From Candidatus Moranbacteria bacterium GW2011_GWE2_35_2- (GTDB lineage: Bacteria; Patescibacteriota; Minisyncoccia; Moranbacterales; UBA9337): a DNA stretch of 64,000 bases. The notes beneath the pieces are model-generated. The model saw nothing but the letters and a program-made list of their open reading frames with translations. It made no database searches and had not been told where the DNA came from. The stretch is taken from the NCBI GenBank assembly GCA_000990585.1, contig LBQD01000002.1, forward strand, positions 250,408 to 314,407, in the 5' to 3' direction. Below, one piece after another: positions 39,734 to 49,029 of this stretch; positions within the stretch are counted from its first letter, which is position 1; each line of letters opens with the position of its first letter. The position numbers were made by a program, and so were the translations under genes.

Positions 39734-41437
39734 ATGAATTGGAAAGTTTTTCCGAAAATCGAAATAGAAAAAAAAGAATTATACAATCTCCATCCGGTCG
39801 CGCTGGAGATTCTTTTTCGTCGCGGAATTAAGACACAAAAAGAAATTGAAAGTTTTTTGCATCCGGATTATGAGAATGATTTGAGCGATCCATTGGAGTT
39901 TTTCGGAATGAAAAAGGTCGTGGAGAGAATTGGTCAGGCGCGTGAAAAAAAGGAGAAAGTTTTGATTTTTGGAGATTATGACGCGGATGGTATTACGGCT
40001 TCTCTTGTTTTGACGCAGGTGTTGAGTTGGCTGGGAGTCGAGGCGCAGTCATATATTCCCAATAAAGAGCTGGAAGGATATGGAATGAATATGGCGGCGG
40101 TGGAGAAATTTTCCGAGGAAGGAATCAATTTGATTATTACGGTTGATTGCGGAATAACAAGTATCGCCGAAGTGGCGCGTGCCAAGGAGTTGGGAATGGA
40201 TGTGATTATCACCGATCATCATCACGTTCCGGAGAATATTCCTTTGGCGTATGCAGTGATAAATCCGAAGTTGAAGGATAATGCCTGTGATTGCGGAGAT
40301 TTGGCGGGAGTCGGGGTAGCTTTCAAATTGGCGCAAGCGCTTTGCGGGAAATTTTTACCGGAAAAAGAGGATCAACTTAAATGGCTTTTGGATTTGGTGG
40401 CGATCGGAACAGTGGCGGATTGCGTTTCTTTGGTAGGAGAAAACCGAACATTGGTAAAATATGGACTGGTGGTTCTTTCTAAAACTAGAAGAGTGGGAAT
40501 TTTGGAACTTTTCAAAGTTGGAAGAATCCAAATTGATGAAGATAATTTTCCGGATACGCAAAAAATTTCTTTTCAAATTGCTCCGCGAATTAATGCGGCT
40601 GGGAGGATGGATCATGCTAAGATTGCTTTTGATCTTCTTTTGGAAAATGATCCGGTACGCGCGCGTGAGATGGCATTGGAAGTGGAAGCGCACAATCAAA
40701 ATCGGCAGAAAATAACCAAACAGGTGGTAGATGAAGCAATGGCGGAAGCGGAAGAAAAATTTAAAAATAAAAAAATTATTTTTTCCAGAAGTGAGCATTT
40801 TCCAGTGGGAATCGTGGGACTGGCGGCAGGTAGAGTGGCGAACAAATACAACCGTCCGATGGGGATTTTTAGGAAAGAAAAGGATGTTAGTATTGGATCT
40901 TTTCGGAGTATTCCCTTGGTTGATATTATTGAAGTTATCGGAGAATGCGGTGAATTTTTGGAAAAATTCGGCGGACATAGCCAGGCGGCGGGAGTAACGG
41001 TGAAAAATGAAAATTTCGATAAATTTTGCGCTAAGATGGACAGGGTGATCGAAAAAAAATTGGAAGGTGTGGATATTTCTCTGGAGATAAAAATTGATGC
41101 CGAGCTTTCCGCTGAGGATATTGGATTTAAATTGTCTGATGAAATCAGAAGGATGGAACCTTTTGGGCAAGGAAATTCTGAGCCGGTTTTTGCGATTCGA
41201 AATATGATTGTGCAGGATTTGAAATGGGTAGGCAACGGAGAAAAACATTTGAAGCTATTCCTTCGTCCCGATGACGACTCGCCAAGAATTTTTGAAGCAA
41301 TCGGCTTTGGTATGCCGGACGAATTCCGCACTGTCAAACAAGGAGACAAAGCGGATGTCGCGTTCAATCTCCAACAAGACCAATGGAACGGAAGCAAAAA
41401 ACTCCAATTGAGAATCATTGATTTGAAAGTTCTGTAA
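39734..41437 (+). CDS. recJ: Single-stranded-DNA-specific exonuclease RecJ
   Basis: DHH motifs IFGDYDADGITAS, ITDHHH and DHHA1 GGH..AAG. Confidence 0.85.
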   Translation: MNWKVFPKIEIEKKELYNLHPVALEILFRRGIKTQKEIESFLHPDYENDLSDPLEFFGMKKVVERIGQAREKKEKVLIFGDYDADGITASLVLTQVLSWLGVEAQSYIPNKELEGYGMNMAAVEKFSEEGINLIITVDCGITSIAEVARAKELGMDVIITDHHHVPENIPLAYAVINPKLKDNACDCGDLAGVGVAFKLAQALCGKFLPEKEDQLKWLLDLVAIGTVADCVSLVGENRTLVKYGLVVLSKTRRVGILELFKVGRIQIDEDNFPDTQKISFQIAPRINAAGRMDHAKIAFDLLLENDPVRAREMALEVEAHNQNRQKITKQVVDEAMAEAEEKFKNKKIIFSRSEHFPVGIVGLAAGRVANKYNRPMGIFRKEKDVSIGSFRSIPLVDIIEVIGECGEFLEKFGGHSQAAGVTVKNENFDKFCAKMDRVIEKKLEGVDISLEIKIDAELSAEDIGFKLSDEIRRMEPFGQGNSEPVFAIRNMIVQDLKWVGNGEKHLKLFLRPDDDSPRIFEAIGFGMPDEFRTVKQGDKADVAFNLQQDQWNGSKKLQLRIIDLKVL

Positions 41438-41514
41438 TTTTTGGAATTTTTTTACAAACTGATTGTTGGGTAGATAGAGAAAATCAGATTAGTTTTATAT
41501 TTTGGTATTTTTCA

Positions 41515-41553
41515 AATATTACCATATTACGAAATATGGTAATATTTTTTTAT
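41515..41553 (+). terminator. Long AU-rich hairpin (14-bp perfect inverted repeat AATATTACCATATT/AATATGGTAATATT) plus T7; candidate terminator after recJ
   Basis: Seen directly. Shares the TTACCAT...ATGGTAA core with the palindrome at 55900. Confidence 0.5.
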
Positions 41554-41709
41554 TCTTGTTTTTTCATCTCTTTTTGTACATCTTCTTTACTTTTGGACGG
41601 TTTTTGTTTAGTATGTTTCAAAAGAGGAGATTGTTCGTTTACAGATGAATATGTGAATTTTAGGATGTTCTATGAAGTTTTCAACTAACTCAAGAATGAG
41701 GAGGGTAAG

Positions 41710-42699
41710 ATGATAAAAGTGAGGGGTATTGAATTGGGTAATGTTTTCACGGCTTCTGGAGCAAGAGGGTTTTTCGGCGAAGGTTATTGGCATCATCACA
41801 TTTTTCAGTGGCTACTTCCCGGCTTCGATTTTTACGGTTCCACTTTTATTGCAAAGACGGTCACAATGCATGAGCGGATGCCGAATATGGATGAAAGGGG
41901 TGGAAATATGGGGAATCTGCCTCTTAATCATAAGACGCTAAAGCCCATAGAATGGATTCCTGATTGTATTCACGTGTCATTGCTTGAAGGAGAAGTTCTT
42001 AATGCTGTCGGGTTGACGGGACTTAAGGCGGAGGATATGTTTCGTCTTGGTCAGTGGCAACATATAGGAAAAACTTTCGGAATTTCCTTTATGGCGCTGG
42101 GAATAACGCGAGAAGATCGCCTCGAAGAAACGTTGGATTTTTACAGAATTTTCAAGGAATATCTCCCTGGATTTTCTGCACCTGTTTTTTTGCAGATTAA
42201 CAAATCTTGCCCGAATACTAGTCATAATCCTGCGAAACTCACTGAAGATATTGTAGGGGAGTTGGAGGTCATAAACGGACTGGATATTCCGATTGGAATT
42301 AAAATAAACGTCTTGACTCCAATCAAGTCAATAAAGGAAGTAGCTGATTCGGGGCTTTGCGATTTTATCGAAATTCCCAATACTCTCCCATACGGAAAAT
42401 CTTCTAGTATTTGTTGGATGAAGAAATATGGGGCAAAATCTCCATTAAGAAAATATGGAGGAGGTGGGTATTCCGGACCGGAAAATTTTCGATTGGCCAT
42501 CGAATGGATCTGGGAGTTGAGGCAAAGAGGAATAAAGATTCCTATCATTTGCGGAGGAGTGTCGTGCAAGGATGATGTTGAATTGGCAAATATAGCCGGA
42601 GCAAATGCTGTGGCGTTTGCTCGCATAACGATGTCGCCGTTCCATGCATGGAAAATAAAAGGCATAATTAAATATGCCAATGAAATTTTCGGAGGTTAA
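41710..42699 (+). CDS. pyrD: Dihydroorotate dehydrogenase-like TIM-barrel protein (class 1 DHOD family)
   Basis: Motif INKSCPNT (the N-x-SCPN active-site loop), a GGGGYSG FMN-binding-like loop, and a strong RBS GAGGAGGG. Overlaps pyrC by the stop/start. Confidence 0.6.
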   Translation: MIKVRGIELGNVFTASGARGFFGEGYWHHHIFQWLLPGFDFYGSTFIAKTVTMHERMPNMDERGGNMGNLPLNHKTLKPIEWIPDCIHVSLLEGEVLNAVGLTGLKAEDMFRLGQWQHIGKTFGISFMALGITREDRLEETLDFYRIFKEYLPGFSAPVFLQINKSCPNTSHNPAKLTEDIVGELEVINGLDIPIGIKINVLTPIKSIKEVADSGLCDFIEIPNTLPYGKSSSICWMKKYGAKSPLRKYGGGGYSGPENFRLAIEWIWELRQRGIKIPIICGGVSCKDDVELANIAGANAVAFARITMSPFHAWKIKGIIKYANEIFGG

Positions 42700-42701
42700 T
42701 A

Positions 42702-43790
42702 ATGAATACTTTTACGATTAGAAAGCCGGATAACCCGCACGGACATCTGCGGTTGGGGTTTATGATGCAAAGGGTGTTGCCTTTTGCGGATCGAATTTTC
42801 AGTCGGTATGTGGTGATGGGAAATACTTTTCCCAGGCTGATTGAAACCGGCGAAGACGTGGATGTGTATAGGAGGAATATTATGGCATGCGCTATGCCGG
42901 GATTTTGTCCGGTTATGTCGATCATGCTCACAGAGAGGACGACTTCGGAAATTTTACGCGAAGCGTATGATGCCGGAGCGCGGTATGTGAAGTTTATCGG
43001 AAAGGGGGTTTCAACCAATTCCGATGAGGGGATATCTTTCTTTGGCCTGAAGAAGAAATATCCCGTTCTCCGGGAGGTGGAAAAAATTTGTCTCGACACT
43101 AAAAAGGAAGATATGATTTTTTCAGTTCACCCCGAGCTTAATGAAAATAGCAAGGGGGAAAGAATCCCATATATCTATCGGGAGGAGGCATCTTTGCCTT
43201 TTTGCAGACAACTGGTGGAAGATTTTCCTGGGCTTAAAATTATCTTTGAACATCTTTCGACCAGAGAGATGATTGAATTTGTCAAAAGTACCCCGCCGAA
43301 TGTAGCAGGTACTTTGACACCGATGAGCGCTATTGTCGCTTATGAAGAAGTTTGCAATGAGGCGGGAGAAGTTATTAATCCTTTGAAATTCTTTAAGCCT
43401 GTTGCTAAAAGAATTGACGATATGATTGCTGTGCGCGAAACAATGGTGAGCGGGAATCCGAAATTTTTCGTGATACCGGATTCAGCACCTCATGAAATGC
43501 ACAAAAAGCAGTTGCATCTTCTTAAAGGCAAGAAGCCTGCTGCAGGAGTTTTTTCAGATCCGGTTTTTATGCCGTTGGTTACGGATATTTTCTTTTCGGA
43601 AATTTCTGACTCGGAACTTGCCAGACAGCGACTGGAAGATGCTACGTCGCGTTTTTGGGCGGAATTTATGAGATTACCTCTTAATATTGAAACCATCACC
43701 CTGAAACGTGAGGAATGGACAGTTCCATTTGAATATGGAGGAATTCCAATTTTTATGGGAGGACAAACTTTAAACTGGCAAGTGGTTTGA
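42702..43790 (+). CDS. pyrC: Dihydroorotase (homodimeric type II, PyrC-like)
   Basis: N-terminal IRKPDNPHGHLR matches E. coli PyrC RRPDDWHLHLR. Length and the metal-ligand His/Asp pattern are consistent. Confidence 0.65.
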   Translation: MNTFTIRKPDNPHGHLRLGFMMQRVLPFADRIFSRYVVMGNTFPRLIETGEDVDVYRRNIMACAMPGFCPVMSIMLTERTTSEILREAYDAGARYVKFIGKGVSTNSDEGISFFGLKKKYPVLREVEKICLDTKKEDMIFSVHPELNENSKGERIPYIYREEASLPFCRQLVEDFPGLKIIFEHLSTREMIEFVKSTPPNVAGTLTPMSAIVAYEEVCNEAGEVINPLKFFKPVAKRIDDMIAVRETMVSGNPKFFVIPDSAPHEMHKKQLHLLKGKKPAAGVFSDPVFMPLVTDIFFSEISDSELARQRLEDATSRFWAEFMRLPLNIETITLKREEWTVPFEYGGIPIFMGGQTLNWQVV

Positions 43791-43875
43791 AAATTCCGCG
43801 TGCGTTTTTTTTGAAAGATTGTGTAGCATTGCTTACACAATCTTTTTTAATTTTATTTGCCCGTAAATCGTTTGG

Positions 43876-44325
43876 ATGGTAAAATTATTACATATGGAAA
43901 AAATTGTGATGTTTACTGATGGCGGGTCGCGGGGGAATCCCGGACCGGCGGCAGTCGGAGTTTGGATTGAAACTCTTGGGAAAAAATTTGGAGAATGTAT
44001 CGGAAAAAAAACCAACAACGAAGCGGAATACGAGGCGCTTATTTTGGGTTTGCAAAAAACAAAAGTACTGTTGGGAAAAACCAAAGCCAAGCAATCGGAA
44101 ATTGAATGTTTTTTGGATAGCGAATTAGTAGTTAAACAGCTCACGCACAAGTACAAATTAAAAGAAGAGCGGATTCAGAAATATTTTATTGAGATTTGGA
44201 ATTTGATGCTGGATTTTGGAAAAGTTTCATTTTTTCACGTGCCGAGAGAAAAAAATAAAATTGCCGATGAAATGGTTAATTTGGCACTGGATGAAAAAGA
44301 GAAACAAGTTTCTTTAAATTTCTAA
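43876..44325 (+). CDS. rnhA: Ribonuclease HI
   Basis: Motifs FTDGGSRGNPGPAA, NNEAEYEAL and the C-terminal D for RNase H. The probable start is an internal ATG (MEKIVMF..). Confidence 0.75.
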   Translation: MVKLLHMEKIVMFTDGGSRGNPGPAAVGVWIETLGKKFGECIGKKTNNEAEYEALILGLQKTKVLLGKTKAKQSEIECFLDSELVVKQLTHKYKLKEERIQKYFIEIWNLMLDFGKVSFFHVPREKNKIADEMVNLALDEKEKQVSLNF

Positions 44326-44362
44326 AATTATTTTAGGACTTATACGTTCAAGAAATATTCGT

Positions 44363-44488
44363 CCGGTTTTCCGAAAAAATATCTTTTTCTCCGACCCTTT
44401 CGAGGGACACGGGCAGCTACGAAAAAAACATTTTTTCGGAAAACCTAATGCTTTTTGTCGAAGCGCGTAAGCCGTATATTTAATATCA
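44363..44488 (+). ncRNA. Copy A of a duplicated ~120-nt structured 5' leader element (long outer stem GGTTTTCCGAAAAAA/TTTTTTCGGAAAACC enclosing a UUCG-capped hairpin)
   Basis: Direct comparison with 48569-48687 gives about 85% identity with structure-preserving differences. Lies immediately upstream of the efflux operon ATG. Confidence 0.45.
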
Positions 44489-45484
44489 ATGAGTAAAACA
44501 AAAAAAAGAATTATTTGGATTGTTGTTATTGCGATTATTGTCGGTGGATTTTGGTATTTTAAATCGAAGGGACCGGCAGTTGAATATATAACCGAAGAAG
44601 TGAAAAAAGGAAACATCGAAAGAACGGTTTCAGTTACTGGCGTGATGGTTTCGGAAAATCAAGTCGATTTGGCTTTTGAGCTTTCCGGACGCGTCGAAGC
44701 GGTGGATGTTTCCGTAGGAGATATTATTTCACAAGGACAGTTTATTGCCGGGTTGGATGATGGTATTTTAAATTCTCAACTGCAAGAAGTTCAACTGGCT
44801 TTGAATATTCAGATTGAAGCGGAAAAATTAGCCAGAAGAAATTGGAATTCTCTTAAGCCCGAAGAAAGACAGACGCAAAAAGATACCTCAGAAAAATCGC
44901 GCGCGGCGGTACGAACCGCAACAAATCAATTGGCGCGAGCTAAGCTTTATTCTCCAGTTGATGGAATTGTAACAGCGGTAAATATTAAAGAGGGAGAGGT
45001 GGCGACTGTCGGTGTGGCAGTTATTTCTGTGGCAAGTGAGGGTAATTTGGAAATTGAATCTAATATTCCTGAATCGGATATTGCTGAAGTGAAGCTGGGG
45101 CAAAAAGCCGAAGTAGTTTTTGATGCGCTTTCCAATGAGGATGTCTTTGAAGCTGAGGTGGTGGAAATTGATCCTGCTTCGACTGTTATCCAAGGAGTGG
45201 TATATTATCGGACAAAAATGAAATTAATTAGAGGTGATGAGAGAATAAAAATCGGAATGAGTCTGGATGCGGATATTTTGACGGCAAAAAAGGAAAATGT
45301 TTTGATGATTCCCGAGCGAGCGATCAAGACTGAAAACGGAGTTAAGACTGTGGAAATTTTGTTAGCTGAAAAAAATGAGACGGAAAAAGTTGAAATAGAA
45401 GTTGGTCTCAGTGGGGATGGAGGAATGATCGAAGTTTTTTCTGGATTGAAAGAGAAGGATAGAGTAGTGACGTTTGTGAAATAA
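44489..45484 (+). CDS. Efflux transporter periplasmic adaptor subunit (HlyD/MacA family)
   Basis: N-terminal TM anchor, coiled-coil hairpin, and a lipoyl/beta-barrel motif YSPVDGIV. Confidence 0.75.
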   Translation: MSKTKKRIIWIVVIAIIVGGFWYFKSKGPAVEYITEEVKKGNIERTVSVTGVMVSENQVDLAFELSGRVEAVDVSVGDIISQGQFIAGLDDGILNSQLQEVQLALNIQIEAEKLARRNWNSLKPEERQTQKDTSEKSRAAVRTATNQLARAKLYSPVDGIVTAVNIKEGEVATVGVAVISVASEGNLEIESNIPESDIAEVKLGQKAEVVFDALSNEDVFEAEVVEIDPASTVIQGVVYYRTKMKLIRGDERIKIGMSLDADILTAKKENVLMIPERAIKTENGVKTVEILLAEKNETEKVEIEVGLSGDGGMIEVFSGLKEKDRVVTFVK

Positions 45485-45494
45485 TTTTCAAAAT

Positions 45495-46223
45495 ATGTCG
45501 CTTATTCAAGTTGAAAATCTTTGCAAAATATATGATAACGAAGGTGTAAAAACTCAGGCGGTTTGCGGAGTTAATTTTGTTGTGGAAGAGGGTGATTTTG
45601 TGGCGATAATGGGACCGTCCGGAAGCGGAAAATCGACTCTGATGCAAATTTTGGGATTTCTTGATAGACCGACTAGTGGAAAATATTTTTTTGATGGAAA
45701 AAATACTAATGAATTTTCCGATGATTATTTGGCGGATTTGCGAAATAGAAAAATCGGATTTATTTTTCAAACTTTTAATTTGTTGCCGCGAACAACTGTC
45801 TTTGAAAATGTAGAATTACCGTTGCTTTACGACCGAAAAATAATCGGGCGCGATCGGAGTAATGAGGAGAAAATTAAAGAAGCCTTGAATTCGGTTATGA
45901 TGGAGCATCGGATGAATTATTTTTCCAATCAGCTTTCAGGAGGGGAAAAACAAAGAGTGGCGATTGCCAGGGCGTTGGTGAATAATCCAAGTTTAATTTT
46001 TGCTGACGAGCCGACTGGAAATTTGGATTCTAAATCGGGAACACAAATAATGAAAATCTTGCAAAAATTAAATGATGAGGGAAAGACAATTATTTTGGTA
46101 ACTCACGAAACTTTCACTGCTCGGCACGCCAAAAGAATTTTGTATGTAAAAGATGGAAATATTATTTCCGATGAAATTGTTAGAGAGCGAAGAATTGCCA
46201 AAGATGGAGAGATGCTTAAATAA
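45495..46223 (+). CDS. ABC transporter ATP-binding protein (MacB/LolD-type)
   Basis: Walker [10 protein letters not shown], signature LSGGEKQR, Walker [12 protein letters not shown] and the H-loop. Confidence 0.85.
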   Translation: MSLIQVENLCKIYDNEGVKTQAVCGVNFVVEEGDFVAIMGPSGSGKSTLMQILGFLDRPTSGKYFFDGKNTNEFSDDYLADLRNRKIGFIFQTFNLLPRTTVFENVELPLLYDRKIIGRDRSNEEKIKEALNSVMMEHRMNYFSNQLSGGEKQRVAIARALVNNPSLIFADEPTGNLDSKSGTQIMKILQKLNDEGKTIILVTHETFTARHAKRILYVKDGNIISDEIVRERRIAKDGEMLK

Positions 46224-46310
46224 ATTTATAGTTTGAAATTTTTAATTTTGTAATTATTTAATTTTAAATTCAATTTAAATTTCGAATTAAAAATTATAAA
46301 TTAATCTGTT

Positions 46311-47558
46311 ATGCAGATTTTGAATCCCATTAAAATTTCATATAAGAATTTGGTGGCGGCGAAATTCCGCTCCTTTTTGACTATCTTGGGAATAATTATC
46401 GGAGTAGCTTCAGTAATTGTGATTATGGCGGTCGGGCTTTCAGCGCAGGAACTGATTTTGGATCAGATTCGCGGTATTGGATCGAATTTAATCGGGGTGC
46501 TTCCGGGTGCTTCGGAAGAAAACGGACCCCCTACAACAGCTTTGGGGATTTCCATAACGACGCTTACCTACGATGATTTGCAGGCAATGAAGGATCAAAG
46601 AAATATTCCTGAAGTCGAAGATGCTGCCGGATATGTTATGGGCACGAGTAAAATAAAATACGAGGAAGCGGATTTTACTTTTTCTTTTACTGGTACGACA
46701 GCGAGCTATGTTAATGTTGAGAACGCGGAAATGGAGGTGGGAAGATTTTTGAATGAAGAGGAGGAGATAAATCTTTCTCGTGTGGCGGTATTGGGAAGCG
46801 AGGTAGCGAAAGAAATATTTGGAACAGAAAATCCCTTGAATAAGAAAATAAAAATAGACGATAATAATTTTGCGGTTATTGGGGTTTTGAAAAGTCGGAG
46901 TAGTGCTGCTTTTGGAACATCCAGCCAGAATGATACAGTATATATCCCTCTGCGCACTGCGCAGAACTTGCTTTTGGGAATTAACCATCTTGGTTTTGCG
47001 AGATTAAAGGTAAGAGATAGTGATTTAATTCCGATTGCTATTGAGAATACAAAAATAACCTTGCGTGATCAGCATGATATTGATGATCCGGCTGACGATG
47101 ATTTTTCGGTGCGTGATCAAGCGGCGGCGGTTGAAACGATTTCTAATATAACGGACGCTCTGAGATATTTTCTTTTAGCCATCGGAACTATTTCGCTAGT
47201 TGTCGGAGGAGTGGGGATTATGAATGTGATGCTTATTGCGGTAAATCAAAGGATTCGCGAGGTGGGACTTCGTAAGGCGATTGGCGCTAGGAATATCGAT
47301 ATTGCTTTGCAATTTCTGGTAGAGTCGGCGACCATATCTTTTTTGGGCGGAGCGATTGGAATTATCATTGGGATTTTACTTTCTTTTGTAATTTCAATTG
47401 TCATTCAGGTATTGGGGTATACTTGGCCGTTTTTGATTTCCTTTTGGTCGGTAATTGTGGCGGCATTGGTTTCAATAGTAATCGGAATTATTTTCGGAAT
47501 GTATCCTGCCCGTAAAGCTTCGCAAGTTTCTCCAATGGAGGCGCTCCGATATGAATAG
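46311..47558 (+). CDS. ABC transporter permease, FtsX/MacB-like
   Basis: N-terminal TM, a large periplasmic domain, and a C-terminal 3-TM FtsX domain. Confidence 0.8.
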   Translation: MQILNPIKISYKNLVAAKFRSFLTILGIIIGVASVIVIMAVGLSAQELILDQIRGIGSNLIGVLPGASEENGPPTTALGISITTLTYDDLQAMKDQRNIPEVEDAAGYVMGTSKIKYEEADFTFSFTGTTASYVNVENAEMEVGRFLNEEEEINLSRVAVLGSEVAKEIFGTENPLNKKIKIDDNNFAVIGVLKSRSSAAFGTSSQNDTVYIPLRTAQNLLLGINHLGFARLKVRDSDLIPIAIENTKITLRDQHDIDDPADDDFSVRDQAAAVETISNITDALRYFLLAIGTISLVVGGVGIMNVMLIAVNQRIREVGLRKAIGARNIDIALQFLVESATISFLGGAIGIIIGILLSFVISIVIQVLGYTWPFLISFWSVIVAALVSIVIGIIFGMYPARKASQVSPMEALRYE

Positions 47559-47727
47559 AATTTCACAGTTTAATTTTTCGTTCACAAAAATCCTTGCAGG
47601 CAGAATTTGTCGGGGATTTTTTTATTTTGAATTTTATTGAAATAAAGTGTAAAATGAAAGAAAGAGTAAAATGCAAAGATAATTTCTTTGTGATTAGTAT
47701 GATATTAGCAAGTTTCACTAGGAAAAA

Positions 47728-47865
47728 ATGGATTTCTTGAAGAAGATTCTCGATCGTAATCGCCGGAGGAAAGTGGGGAGTGACTGCAAAATGCAGGATG
47801 ACCGGGAAGATCTAAAGATCCTCGGTTTTTTAACTGGCAAAATTGCGCTGTTGACAAGCTGTTAG
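47728..47865 (+). CDS. Candidate 45-aa basic micro-ORF (MDFLKKILDRNRRRKVG..) in the GC-rich island
   Basis: AGGAAAAA RBS 7 nt upstream. The GC content is locally elevated. Overlaps the downstream promoter. Speculative. Confidence 0.2.
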   Translation: MDFLKKILDRNRRRKVGSDCKMQDDREDLKILGFLTGKIALLTSC

Positions 47866-47879
47866 TTTTGATGTATACT
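47851..47879 (+). promoter_or_regulatory. Consensus sigma70 promoter TTGACA-17-TATACT
   Basis: Seen directly. Drives the Arg-rich micro-ORF. Confidence 0.5.
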
Positions 47880-47938
47880 TGGATCTCGTAAATGGGTCAT
47901 TGTTTTTCATATTAAAATTCCCAACTATAAGGAGCTAT

Positions 47939-48046
47939 ATGGGAGCGATCAGGGGCAGAGGGAGAAAAAGACGGAGACGAAAAAATTTTTGGAGCCTGCT
48001 TGAACGGGCAATGTCATTTTTCTTTATATCAAGAAAAAGGACGTAA
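47939..48046 (+). CDS. Candidate 35-aa arginine-rich peptide (MGAIRGRGRKRRRRKNFWSLLERAMSFFFISRKRT)
   Basis: SD AAGGAG 5 nt upstream of the ATG, the consensus promoter upstream, and an intrinsic terminator downstream. Confidence 0.3.
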   Translation: MGAIRGRGRKRRRRKNFWSLLERAMSFFFISRKRT

Positions 48047-48071
48047 TCCGTTTCTTTCTCCCATTTATCGA

Positions 48072-48111
48072 AATCCTCCAGGGCACTGCCACGGAGGATT
48101 TTATTTTTTTC
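48072..48111 (+). terminator. Rho-independent terminator (AATCCTCC/GGAGGATT stem plus U-run)
   Basis: Seen directly. A second hairpin plus T7 follows at about 48127-48160. Confidence 0.5.
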
Positions 48112-48222
48112 AAAAAAGCAGAACAGACTGAGGAGAAATTGCTCCTGGCCTGTTTTTTTATGCAAGATGTGTTAAGATGTTAAATAAACGGGGGTTATTT
48201 TTGTGATTTTTGAAATTTAGGT

Positions 48223-48516
48223 ATGAAAACTTTTGGGATAATTTTGTTTATTATTTTCTTGCTTTTGGGTGGGACTTGGATTGTGCTTTCTGGGATGCAT
48301 AAGGATGAGAAGGTTTTTGAGATTGTGAAAGACGAAAGTGGTTCCTGGAGTATTAAATTTGGCAAGACAGAGGGTGAATTTTTGAAGAATATGGCGAAAA
48401 AAGTTGAAAATTTGATTTATCGCGAAGCAACTAAACACAATCCGGAAGGAGATTTTCTTCCGGATCAAATTGATGATAGGATAAAAGAAGAGGTGAAAAA
48501 TAGAATTGCAGAGTAA
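48223..48516 (+). CDS. Small N-terminally anchored hypothetical protein (97 aa)
   Basis: N-terminal TM followed by a charged soluble domain. Confidence 0.4.
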   Translation: MKTFGIILFIIFLLLGGTWIVLSGMHKDEKVFEIVKDESGSWSIKFGKTEGEFLKNMAKKVENLIYREATKHNPEGDFLPDQIDDRIKEEVKNRIAE

Positions 48517-48568
48517 TTTTTTTTGGTAATTTCAAAATATAGGATCTGCGCGATCATAAGATGCTTGA

Positions 48569-48687
48569 CCGGTTTTCCGAAAAATATCTTTTTCTCCGGT
48601 TCTTTCGAGGGACACGGACAGCTGCGAAAAAAACATTTTTCGGAAAACCTGACACTTTTTATTTAATTGCGTAAGTTATAAAATATT
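48569..48687 (+). ncRNA. Copy B of the duplicated ~120-nt structured leader element
   Basis: See copy A. Lies immediately upstream of the ATG at 48688. Confidence 0.45.
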
Positions 48688-49014
48688 ATGTTAAACAAAA
48701 TTGCAAAACATACAAATAAAATTTTGGTTTTTGTTATTAATATTCTCTTGGTAATTGTCGGATCTTTTATTATTAAAAACAGGGACAAGCATATTTCTAT
48801 TGAGGTGGATACGGAAAAGGATTTATCTCCGGTAAGTTCGGATATTTTGGCAGATCAAGAGAAAATTTCGGTGGACAGGGAAAATAAGCTTCGCGATCTC
48901 AACTCTACTCCGAAAGAAATTCAACAAAAAGAAGTCACTACAACTACTACGACTACAACCACTGTGCCAAAGCCAAGCAAATCTTCCAGTGATAAAACAA
49001 CTAAAAGTTCATAA
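48688..49014 (+). CDS. Small membrane-anchored protein with a poly-Thr tract
   Basis: N-terminal TM, a TTTTTTTTT run, and a Ser/Lys-rich tail. Confidence 0.4.
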   Translation: MLNKIAKHTNKILVFVINILLVIVGSFIIKNRDKHISIEVDTEKDLSPVSSDILADQEKISVDRENKLRDLNSTPKEIQQKEVTTTTTTTTTVPKPSKSSSDKTTKSS

Positions 49015-49029
49015 TATAGTACTAACTAT

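Noticed and set aside
47720-48170. RNase P RNA, SRP RNA or tmRNA in the GC-rich island
   Set aside because: There is only a partial resemblance (GAGGAAAGU) to the RNase P P4 region. No tmRNA tag/T-arm or SRP GGAA-domain IV motif was found by eye. Left as an open check rather than a call.
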